A DNA stretch of 64,000 nt from Dimorphilus gyrociliatus (Eukaryota > Animalia > Annelida). The notes beneath the pieces are model-generated. The model was not told where the DNA came from. It did no database searches and saw only the letters and a list, made by a program, of their open reading frames with translations. Shown here one piece after another: positions 1 through 11,100 of this stretch. Within the stretch, counting starts at the first letter, position 1. Each line of letters begins with the position of its first letter. Where the stretch lies: positions 17,358-81,357 of the forward strand of contig CAJFCJ010000070.1 in the NCBI GenBank assembly GCA_904063045.1, given 5' to 3'. The position numbers and the translations under genes are program-made.

Positions 1-1740
1 TCTTTCATGAAAGTATTCAGAGTGGATGAGTAGTAAATTTCCAAAAGAATTTATGTGATTATCAAATGTGTCACCACAGTATCTACGCCTATGTAAAGAA
101 AAAGTTGGAAAAATGGGAAATGTACATTTCGCATTTATCTTGAAATTGTTACAAAACCTGGTCTCTGAATTTTAGAGAAGAGTAGTATCAGGTGTTCTGA
201 GAAGTTAGGATCAGTTAATTGCATTTCAATATTTTCATCAAAATATAGAAAGCATCCTAGAGATTGAGATGAATAATTGATATAGAATGGGAAAGTGATG
301 ATGATAATCATATATCAATACTTACTGTATTAGGCTGTGAAAACAAGAAATATGGTATTCCATTTTGAGGAGTGATTATTATATTTTCTATATTTATTGG
401 TGAATTATTCAATAACTGAACTTTAAAAATGAATCCATGAGGAATAGTTATAGTTAATGAGCATCCAGTATGGAAATTATTTGGCCAAGACAAATCCAAA
501 AATAAATCTCTATCTTTCAAATTATAAAAAGCGCCGATTGAACAAAAAGAAATTGGTGAAAAAAGAGATTGTTTGGGAAAATTATATTCAGACATCTGAG
601 AAAATCCTTGAATTAGTCTGATTGAATTTTTATTATTGTTAAAATGACTATTTCGAATGGAGAATTTATTAAATGTTCCTTTTAAATCTAATCCTACTTC
701 TGTTGTAGATTCTACTAAAATATTGGATATTTCTAATGATGCATTTGAATTTGATCCAATAATTTGTAAACCACTTGAATTGGATGAAAAATAGGAATCT
801 TTAACAATTGCATAATCATCATTTAAAAATAAATTTAGACCAACACCATGAAAATGGGCATTTTGAATAAGGTTATTTTTCCCATTTACATTTACAATTG
901 CCTCATTGAATACTGTTGGTAAACAGCTGAAAGAAAGGATTGTTGGTAGAACATCTGCATTTACAAATTTTGTACATTGGTTGAATTGAGTAGCATTGTA
1001 GCAATCTAGAATCCAGTCTGTTGTTGAAAAGTTCAATTTTGAGTATGATATTCCAGCTGTTGATTGTGATCGGTATTTAGATTAAAATGTTGGCAAACCA
1101 GTTGATTTATTTTGAAAAATTGTAAAATACTACTGTTTCTTGTTAAATTGATTTGAACAGATTTTTGTAGTCCATCTTCAGAGTTGAATAAGAAAAGTGA
1201 TATGTTAATTTTTTTAAGTTGAAAATGGCTACTTTCTTGCTTCAATTTTGATGTTTTAGTAGTGATTAAAACTCTTTTTTCATTTGGTTTTCCAATATAT
1301 AATTCTCCATTTACTATCAAATGCTTACCTAGATCAAATGATATCTTTGTATTTTGGGATAAAATTTTTAAATCACCATTGATCAGTGTTGTATCTTTGA
1401 TTCTAACATTTCCACTAAGCTCAACTTTTCCTTTGATATAACCTTCTAAGATGGTTGAATCTTTTTGTTTTTTATCAAAATATTTGAGTGTAGTCAATTG
1501 GTGATCTGTATAACTTGGTGATAGATTCACTCTAGCCAACAGGCCATTTCTATTTCCATCATAGACTTTTGAATAAGGATTTTCATGATTAATGTAATTA
1601 TGTGTCATATTGAATTGGCATTGATCAATTGAATTTGTATCACAAATGCATTGGCAATCTATTTCATAGGTACTTTCTCTATTATCCAAAATATTTCTTG
1701 ATAGAAAGGGAAAATTCTGTCCTTCCAGTTTCCATTCCAT
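1..1740 (-). pseudogene. 5' part of the giant cell-surface gene (copy A), continuing left of the window
   Basis: ORFs 1033-1740 and 308-1036 together equal ORF 15671-17104, split by a 1-bp deletion (gattgtgatcgg vs gattgtggatcgg near 1066). The frameshift may be a consensus error. Confidence 0.75.
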
Positions 1741-1831
1741 AATAGACTCAATAAAAACATGGGAATAAACTCATCATTTTACACAATTATTGGTGAACTA
1801 AAGAGAGAGGCTGACTTAATTTCTGTCTATG

Positions 1832-2766
1832 TGTACACATACATTCGTCAGCTATATTCTACAATAGAGAAGTAGTATTGAACCAGTATTGTACTATGCA
1901 GATAGCACTGATAAAGATAAGCAGTAGTGACCTAGTTTCGCATAGGGCAGTGCATACACATTATGCAGTAATAAAACCTATTGAATTATATAAAGAATAT
2001 TTGCTATTTGCAACCTAGCATTAATATTACAATTTATTAATCCATAAATTTATGATTTCGAACTAAAACTAGTTCAATTAATTATCAATTATGCTTAAAT
2101 TCTAAGTTTAGATTATATTCACTATTCAACAGTATTGTATACACAATACTGTTCTTTTTAACATGCATTAATCAGATATACTTCCTCCTTATATGCTGAT
2201 GCTAAATTTACTAGCTCAATCAATTGAATATCATTATTAAGGTAGAATATAAAAACGGTCAAATATACAATCTACATGTTTTCTTGATTGTTGGACTTGT
2301 CCTACTAAAATTGTTACATCTTATGCAACTCTCCAACCTGAGAAATTCAACTATTATTTAGAAGAGGAAAACAATAAAAACATGACCATATTTAGAACTT
2401 TTCTTTGTCTTCAAATGTTACTTTTGTTTTTGTGAACATTGAAATTTGTGAACTATCAACCCTTAAAAGAGTATATAAACCCTACGAAATTAACAGTTGA
2501 TAGTTCAGTTTTCTAACCGTCAGCTAGTTGTTTAAACTAGCTTGTTTAGAACTAGAAGCTCATTTTACTCAATACATATTCTTTGCACGAAATACTGGTG
2601 TTTTGTTAATCAATTTCTACCGAAATTGCCTTTGTTAGACTATTTGTGGACGAACTTTAAAGGTTCTATTTGGACCAGTACTTTGGCAAGTTGGTAAATG
2701 ATTGGAAAGGACGATTACAGTTGTGACGAACCAGAAATTCCTACAATTACAATACAACAAAGTACA
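1832..2766. mobile_element. Solo-LTR-like insertion (935 bp, TG...CA ends, 5-bp TSD)
   Basis: CTATG is duplicated at 1827-1831 and 2767-2771. The insert starts TGTAC and ends GTACA (5-bp inverted termini). Removing it restores the MULE reading frame (TCT GTC TAT GAA AAA). Confidence 0.65.
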
Positions 2767-3123
2767 CTATGAAAAATTATTAAGTGAGAAGAAGATATTG
2801 AGAATGCAAAAAAAAGTCTACACAGAAATTCAAAAGGAACTGTTTTCCATTTGGGAAAACTTTAAAGTTGGTGACATCACAGCAAGTCAACTTGTTGAGA
2901 TGTGTTCTGCTTTATATTATTAAATATGTGCAGTAGTAATTCAACAGTATTAAAAATATCAAAAATGTTCAAGTCATTTGAAAAATTATGTTCTTAAATA
3001 AACTTTTTTACTTGCAATTTCATGGTTTTCATTTTCTCAGATCATTAGTATTTAATCAATTAAGAAAAATATATTAATTCCTTTCATCTTCTCTATTCCT
3101 ATTTAATAATTTTTTTAATACTA

Positions 3124-3279
3124 TGTGGACATTTACTGTTCATTTGTGGACATTTTCTGTCGTCTGTGGATGTGTTCTGTTCATCTGTGGACATTTTCTG
3201 TCCATCTGTGGACGTTTTCTGTCAATTGTGGACGTTTTCTGTTGTGGACGTTTTCTGTTGTGGACGTTTTCTGTTGCCC
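3124..3279. repeat. Tandem array of ~8 degenerate 16-21 bp units (core TGTGGACGTTTTCTG), the MULE terminal repeat
   Basis: Directly visible. Shares the AAAACGTCCAC core with the TIR units at 33019-33122 and 35665-35751. Confidence 0.9.
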
Positions 3280-3508
3280 ACTTATTATAGAAATGGATTA
3301 GAATATGTCTTAAAAAAATAAATGAATTCAAATGGTTTTAAAATATCATTAACATTTAGCAACCAACATTCATCAGAAAAAATCTCTCTTCCTTTTCAAG
3401 ATTTTTAAACATTGTACTATTTCTTTGTAAGTAAACAAAATTTAACTAAAATATGATAACAAAACTCTAGTCATCCATTTTGAGTAGGTTTGACCTATTC
3501 AAAACACT

Positions 3509-3694
3509 ATGGAAACAATGAAACAACACTGGAAGAAAATTGCTGATGGAACAAGAATTTGTGATAAATATTGCATTGGAGATAATTATAATAACTTATT
3601 CATTGGTGGCAAAGTTGGATCTGCTACTATTTTTACCAACATTTCTCTTATCATATCGGCTATTATCACTGCTTTCATAGATTTAAAATTCTAA
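3509..3694 (+). pseudogene. Orphan terminal exon of a Cys-containing, GPI-anchor-like protein (Ly6/quiver-like C-terminus); second copy at 18873-19058
   Basis: ICDKYCIGDNYNN resembles the C-x-x-D-x-C-N end of three-finger domains with the last Cys lost. It is followed by a small-residue site and a hydrophobic tail (GSATIFTNISLIISAIITAF). No upstream exons recognised. Confidence 0.3.
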
Positions 3695-3867
3695 CATAAT
3701 CCTTATAACAATCTTATAACCTAAATCTATTGTTAGTCAATAGTGGGCATTTTTTCACAAGCTGTAACTTGAGAGCCATGGCTATTGTCACCACTTTTTT
3801 AACAATGACTAATCTATATTATTAATATACACAAACTGGGAGCTGTATTTGCAAAGCACAAATAAAA

Positions 3868-6089
3868 ATGGCTACGAAATCTAATGATAATGAAACTGAG
3901 GAATTGACAGCAGGAACTAGTGATTTAAAATTAGATTCTGAGCACTTTGAATGTAAAATAAAAATACCAATAAAACTACTGCTTCATCAAAGGTCAGACA
4001 GAACTGTCCTAGACAAAAAGCGCACACCCTTGGATATAGCTACTGAGGATCATCCTAATGGAGTATTTTTCTACCCACGACTGGTGGACAATGTAATATT
4101 CTTTATATTAACAAGAAATATTTTTATTGTAAAAATTTTATTTATTCTATTCCATTAAATTTATATAGGTTGGAGACACACAACAAACTATTAAATTATA
4201 CAGCGATTGGGATAAAGAAAAAAGAATATTTCATTTGAAAACAATAAATCTCAACTTAGAAAAAAAAAAATTACCATTTTTCCACGTGACTTTAAAGGAA
4301 ATGAGGAGAAACCAGGACTTTTAACTTATAGTAAAAATATATATACAATACCTTTATTTTGAAAAATCAAGAAATGAAGAAAACATTTCTTTATACATTT
4401 AAACAGATGTTTCAAAGGATGGCAAATGTGATTTCGAAAAGTCTCAATTGATCATTGAATGGAATCAAGATACAAGCATGAATGCAACTTTGGAGGAAAA
4501 ATTGGATAGAGTTCGGAATATAAGAATTGGAACATTTAATATTAAAAAGGGAAAGATTGAGCAAGAAATTTCAAAAGTATTAGACATTTCTTTTGGTATT
4601 TTCATCACAATTTAGAATTTCTTTCAGGTCATACAAAATTTTGATTTGCTTGCCTTACAAGAATTGAAAGTCGAGCCTATAGATTATAGAGAAATATTGA
4701 CAAATTTAAATAAAGAGCTAAATGAGAAAAATCAATGTCCATATTACATAATAATTGGCGGAAAATACCACAATGAAAACTCTGCTTGTCTTTACAATAC
4801 AAAATATTTTGTTAATATTTGCAACACTGACAGTAAAGATTTCGATTGTGCAAAAACATTGGAGGGTAAAGGAGAAAATCTTAAAGTGTTGATGTATCAA
4901 TTTTTTCGACCACCACTTATTGTTTCTTTTCAAACAAAATATTGTGAATTGGATACATTTACCTTTATTTCTTTGCATACTAACCCTAATAAGAATGCAA
5001 CAAGTAAACAAATTGAAAATATATTACATTGTTACCCTTCAACAGTTACAGGGATAAACAATCTTTTCAAATTGTCAAAAGATATAACAACAGAATATCA
5101 TGATGAGGTTGTGATTCTCTTGGGAAAAAAATATTAGGTCATTCCATACTATTTTCAAACAGTAAATTGTAATTTTTTTTCAGCATTTTAAAAATTTGAT
5201 TATTGGTGGAGATCTTAATTGGTCTGAACAATATCTTTCACATGAGCCAAATGTACCAGAAGAATTTACTTTACGTACCCCAAAGATCAATACCAATCAA
5301 ATTAAAACAGAAATATATGACAGGTATAATAGTAATTTGTTTAGTAATTTCTCTTATTATTGATATTAAAGGTTATACATATATGGAACTGACTTGGAAA
5401 AAGCTATAATTAGAAATAGTGGAACAGTTTATTACAACATAACATTCAGTGACCACTTTCCAGTTGGATTTGAAATTCAATTCAAGATAAACTTAGAGGA
5501 GAAAATTCCTAAAGGAATAATTCATGTTCCATTTCAAAGTGAAAATCAGTTGAAAAGTTTGCAAGATTATTTTGATCCATTTTACATAATGAAACCTCAC
5601 AATTTGTTTGATGATATGTGGCAAAAAAATGACTACTATACATGGCCAAAGATGTATCAAGTTAAAAAGCATTTTGATGATCATATTTTCAAAAATATTC
5701 TTCGAAGCAATTATAACACATTTTTTATGAAGACTTCAATATATATTGTGGACAATAATAATCATGGAGAATACTCATGTATTACAGATTCGAAAAGAAA
5801 TTGCATAATATTTTACACAGAAGAAAATAGATTTGAAGAAGACTGTAATAAAAAATACAAAGAGGAATTTATAATAAACTTTGTGGAAAATAATCAGCAA
5901 ACTTATAAATATAAATGTAAATGTGCTGCATTCTACAATGAAAAATTTCAGTTATTTAAATGTTACAATATGTCTACAAATGACAAAATCATTTTATATA
6001 AAGATGATAGTAAAATTATTAACCAAGGGAAAATATACTATTTCAATTTTCTGGTACAAAGTGAAATTCCAGATCCTTATGAAAACTAG
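3868..6089 (+). CDS. DNase I-family (EEP) nuclease with N- and C-terminal extensions, copy 1; exons 3868-4092, 4169-4330, 4407-4576, 4628-5107, 5184-5323, 5372-6089 (~631 aa)
   Basis: The spliced product has IRIGTFNI, DLLALQEL, FFRPPLIVSF, FTFISLHT.P, IIGGDLN, IYDR and SDHFPV, the DNase I catalytic motifs in order. All introns are GT-AG with compatible phases except a 1-bp loss in the A-run at 4260-4270, which is intact in copies 2-4. The exon 4 donor (GAG|gttgtg) is weak. Confidence 0.85.
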
Positions 6090-6244
6090 ATGTCAGTTTT
6101 CTTCACTTTGATAAGTACTTTGGATATCATTTGGCAATTGATTTACTAATTTTCTTTTTTCTTGTTATTGCACAATTTTCATTATATTTTATACTTAAAT
6201 AATGTTTGGATGGTTCATTATTATCATTTGGATTGGTATTTTAA

Positions 6245-7045
6245 TTCTGATTCATTTTATGTAAATCTTTTTCAATTGTTTGAAAATGTGCACTTGGAAA
6301 TAATGGCATAATGATATTTAGACCTTAGATATGATAGAACTTTAGAAAGACTTTTCTTTTGTAGCCATGAAAATGGTGGAACATCGAAAAAACTTTTATT
6401 TCCTAGAAATTATAATGGTGGAAGTTTTGAAAGATTTTTATTTCATAGAAATTTTAGTTGTGGGACTTTAGAAAGTCATTTATTTCGCAGGAAATAGATT
6501 CTTTGACCATAACAGATGGTGCCACTTTGGAACTAACAAAGGAACAAACAATATAGAAAAATGCATGTCAAAGTTGTTACATCTTTTTCAAAAACAGATA
6601 TGGAAGAGGCAGGTTTGCTTTTGAAATGCCACATGCTAACCATGTGTGATATAACAGTTTTCATGTTTTTGTTGTTCATGCATTATGAGACTGTTACATT
6701 TCAACTTTGTAATCCTTTGACCAAGTGAACTCAAGCTTTTGGTAAATGTGTAAAAGGAAATACATTTCCCAGCTTGGCAGTTCAGTTCTTTAACCCTTAG
6801 CTGCTTGTTAAAACTTACATGTTTAGAACTAGAAACTCCTTTAATCAATACATATTCTTTGAATGACACTGAACTGGTGTTTGTTGATTGATTTCTACTG
6901 AAATTAAATTTCTTGAGACTATTTGTAGAAGAAGTTGAAAGGTTCTGTTTATGTGAGTATTTTGGTGCATTGATAAATGATTGGAAAGGGTGAATATTGT
7001 TCTGAAGAAGCAGAAATTCCTACAATTACAATACAACAAAGTACA
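6245..7045. repeat. Member of a dispersed repeat family sharing the CAATACAACAAAGTACA terminus; includes a degenerate ~42-bp internal repeat (~6330-6480)
   Basis: Similar to 2400-2766, 21600-22397, 46310-46650 and 61418-61654. The left part recurs inverted at 24198-24634 and 31872-32333. Confidence 0.75.
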
Positions 7046-7267
7046 TTCAAAATTCTTTATGTGGTTTTTAGTTGTTACAGTTATTGAAGCTTAGGCTAAA
7101 ACAAAGCTTGAAAATACGTATCGGATGCTTTAGATGTTAGTAACTTTTAGTAGGCCTTATCACACATTAATTTGGTCTAAAATGCAGTATAAAATATAGT
7201 ATAAGCTTTTCGAAAATTAACCTCTTTTGTTAAAGTTAGATTCAATCACACATGCAAAATATTTTTC

Positions 7268-7432
7268 TATTTCCTAATAATGAGAGGATCATTATCTTTG
7301 CAACAAATCATCAATTGGATTTATTGTCAAAGGGGAAAATTTGGTTCCTTGATGGTACTCTTTTTGAGTGAAACTGTACCCATAATAACATAGTTACCTA
7401 TTACGGGTACATTTTCCCATGGGTATGGTTTC
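7268..7432 (+). mobile_element. MULE transposase scrap followed by a short TIR-like hairpin
   Basis: NNERIIIFATNHQLDLLSKGKIWFLDGT matches ENDRILIFSTTKQIELLSKGKIWFMDGT. It is followed by the inverted pair gaaactgtacccat / atgggtatggtttc, which resembles the TIR motif of the element at 52404-53131. Second copy at 22590-22699. Confidence 0.6.
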
Positions 7433-8151
7433 AATTAATAAGTTAGAATAACTTCTAATTAAAAAAAGCTAAACAAAGACATCAGGGAATTTTTGAGGAA
7501 GAAACCATCATTCTTTTATCAGAAAGGGATAGATTTCCTTCCATCCAAATGGGAAATATTTAGGAGTAAAGTGGTTGATTTATCTAGAGTAGACTATTGG
7601 CTGTAATATAAAAAAAAATGTTAAAATAACTAAACTATTATTAATAAAAACACAAAATGTGTAATACTTTCAGGTAATACCTAATACTTCAAAACATACT
7701 GATTTCTTTGATTGTAATCTAACAAAAATCAATCTATGAAAACTGCTCTGAACTGGAAGTAGTTAACTTTGGTAAGAGTGATATATTCATATTAAAAAAC
7801 TCTTAAAGCATTTCTCTAATATTCAAATAATTTTGTGGAAAGCAGACAGCTAGACAACCATATCAATCTCTATTAGGTTTTCAAAACAATCATTTTTTAC
7901 CTAATACCCACAACATCTTTCAGTGTCTTTTTTAAAAAAGTTGATAATGTTTGTAACACTGCAAATTCAATTAACAAAGATTGTTTTTCAAACTCTGTGT
8001 TTTTGTTTTCTTTCTAAAGTTCCTTCAAAATATTAGGAAATAATGTTTTATAAATCATATATCAGAATTCCTGCTATTATATTTACTTTATTTGTAATAA
8101 ATGAAAATAGATTATACAAATTTTTTTTTCTGTTAAAACAACAAACCATAT

Positions 8152-11100
8152 CTAATTGGAAAATCTACCTCTTAAGTATAAACATACAGCTGTAACAATT
8201 ATAGTAATTGTTATTACACCTACACATGATATAATAATTATTAGCGAAATTTTATCATTAACTGTTTTATTGTCCTCTTTTACATTAGGCTCAGTACTGC
8301 TAACACTGTTGATATCAGATGTTGAAGACATTTTATCTGTGAAATCCTCTTCAATAGTTGATTGTTTATTTCTCTTTGTGCTCTTTTCTTCTAATTTATA
8401 TGTAGTCATCTTGCTTGTAGTACTTCTGAAACTTGTCATCTCTTCTTTTGTTATTGTTGTCATATCAACTTCATCAGATGCCTTTTGAACATATACAGTA
8501 AATGAAAAAGTGCTTGAACAAGGAGCATGAGAGTTGTCAAATACAATGACACGATTTTCATACTTTCCAACTGGTAGAGGATATTTTATTGTTACAATCT
8601 CTGATGAATTTTCTTTCAATTCAATTACATTCAATTGTTGTTGAATTGTTTCTAATTTGTAGAGAATTTCACCTTTTGGACCAGAGTCAGCATCTTCTGC
8701 TTCTATTTTAGTCACAAATGATCCTAATGGTGTATTTGAGTTCAATATAATCTTATCATTCAATTGTGAACTCTTGATAACTGCACATTCATTTATATCA
8801 TCAACATTTATAGTCACCAATGTTGAAGAAGATAATTTCAACATTGTATTTTCAATAGCCAATATTTCAACATTATAGGTTCCTGGTTGGAATTTTCCAC
8901 TAGATCTCAACACTCCTGATACTTCATCAATTGTTACAGGAATATCTGAATTGAGTAAACTATAAAATATTCCTTCAGTAGATCCTTTATCTGTATCGTT
9001 TGCTTGAATCTGTACAAGATATTCATTCAAGGAAATCAGTTCATCAACATAAACTGTATAATTTTCTTTCAAAAACTGTGGTCTCTCTGTATTTGGTTGT
9101 ATTTTTTGTGAACAATCTTCACTAGTAAAACCATTCTTACATTGACAAATATTTGGTGCAATGCATACACCATTTCCAGAGCAACCTGATGTGCAAGAAG
9201 TTTCTGAGCATGTTGCTCCAAACCATAGTTGATCACAAGAGCAATTATCAAAAGAAATACAACTGCCATGTCCAGAGCAAGAGTTTAAAGCCTCACATGA
9301 AAATTGAGAGCAATTGTTGCCTGTGAAGCCAAAATTACACTTACATTCAGCAGGTGCAATACGTTTACCATTGACTGAGCATGGTGGATCACACACTGGT
9401 TCACTACAATTTCTGCCAGTAAAACCACTATCGCATAAACACTCAGTGGAATTTATACATATTCCCTGATTGTTGCAGTTATTTAAATTGGGGCAAGTTT
9501 TCAGAAAATCACAAAAATCTCCAAAAAACCCATCATTACATACACATTTGTTTGGTTCTATACACTCTCCATTCAATGAACAATCTTTCTCACATATTGC
9601 TTCTGAACAGGATGTTCCTTCCCATCCTTCTTTACATAAAAGATCTATGCAAGATCCATGTTTTGAGCAATAGTTAACACTCTCACAAGTATATTGCAAG
9701 CAAGTTGTCCCAGTATATCCCATTTCACATCTACATTTATCATGATCAATGCATATACCACCATTTGAGCATCCATTGGAACAAATTGCTTTTTCTGAAC
9801 AATTAATTTTTGTCTAACCTTCTTCACATTCACAAATATTTGTTTTTACACAAATTCCTCTTGATGAACAGTTTCCTTAACAGATTGCTTTATTATCACA
9901 TTTTGATCCTTCATAGCCTTTGAAACAAGAACAAAATCCTTCAGAACAATTACCATAAATACATTCGCCACATACACCAGTCTCACAATAATCTCCAGAC
10001 CATCCATCAATACATACACACGCTTTATCCTTACACACTCCTCTATTTGAGCATTGATTCTGACATTGTTTAGATGTCAAGGTGGCTTGTTTTGCTATTG
10101 AAGGATCATCAGACATAACAACATCATAAACACATCTATTTTTATCATCTTGATTGACATCATCAGCTGAACATAGCTGTGATGCAATATCAATTTTTGA
10201 TTGGTCAATATTGTCAAGATTATAAATAGGTTTATGAGCAGTATCTGTGTATCTAGAGTCCATTATATCATCTTTGTGAAAATTGGATAATTTTTGTGAC
10301 CAAGAGTTAAAAGTGCCACCATCTTTCCAAAAAGTATTTGTCATTCTCCATGATTCCACAAAGTCAATGTGAGAAGTAAAATTTTCACCATTTGGACCTT
10401 TGAAGTCATCACTTTCAATGTCATTCATTAATCCACAAATCCCAGAAGTTTTATTAAACATTTCATCATTAGCAATAATTGACAAACTTAAAAACTGATT
10501 TTGCATTTTAGGGCTATGTGATGTTACAACTGTAATTGATGCTCCACCAATCATTTTTACAAGTACCATAAGAACTGTAGGATCTTGTTTCTGTGAAATT
10601 TGAGAATTGGGTGAAATATCAAGACGAATTGTTCCATTATCAAATGTCATTGAATGATTATGACCTAAATTGGTAAGAAGAACACCATCTAACCTTACCA
10701 GAGGAAAGTCATTAGATGCTACATTTGCTCTACTAGATATTGTTAAGATGGAAGATTTTCCTATTTTAATTGCAATTGCTCCAATAAATGATGTTGTTTT
10801 ATGAGCAAAAAATCTGTATTGATATGAGATAACAGGTGAGATACAACCCCAAAATTGATCAATTCCAAAAAAGTCAAATGCTCTACCATCAATTGTTTCT
10901 AAATGAGGATCACCCCATGTGTTTCTTGGTATACGTATTTCACAGGCAGAACCAATCCACTGTCTAAAACAAATACACCTGGATTGACAGTCATTCTCTG
11001 CTTGACAAATGCCATGACCATTACAGTTGGCAGGTTTACAAGCTGGTTGCTCACATTCCCTTCCTTTTCTACCTGGTAAACAGATACCATTAATTCCACA

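Larger units (their letters stand above)
1738..3279 (+). mobile_element. MULE (Mutator-like) transposon 3' remnant with right terminal repeat array, interrupted by a 935-bp insert
   Basis: Reads HNRLNKNMGINSSFYTIIGELKREADLISVY, then after the insert YEKLLSEKKILRMQKKVYTEIQKELFSIWENF. This matches the C-terminus of the MULE transposase at 34997-35482. Ends in tandem TGTGGACGTTTTCTG units followed by TTGCCC. Confidence 0.85.
1..7340 (+). repeat. Segmental duplication copy 1 (direct repeat of 15363-22699, offset ~15.36 kb; extends beyond the window start)
   Basis: Position 1 (tctttcatgaaagtattcag) matches 15363. Paired ORFs are identical at offset 15364 (2702/18066, 3509/18873, 3868/19232). Similarity runs to ggttcct at ~7330 and to the N gap at 22700. 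Confidence 0.95.

Noticed and set aside
3140-3331. ORFs with RKRPQ/VDVF repeats (3140-3331, 18463-18726, 18489-18689, 33015-33302)
   Set aside because: Translations of the MULE terminal repeat arrays.
4718-5011. Antisense or alternate-frame ORFs over real genes (e.g. 4718-5011, 8156-8488, 13489-13740, 38891-39271, 40239-40514, 48191-48388, 28092-28352)
   Set aside because: Shadows of better-supported coding frames, with no motifs of their own.
9814-9879. Stop-codon reassignment or selenocysteine explaining the in-frame stops
   Set aside because: The stops are TAA and TAG, not TGA. Neighbouring intact genes end normally with TAA/TAG, and other lesions point to decay.
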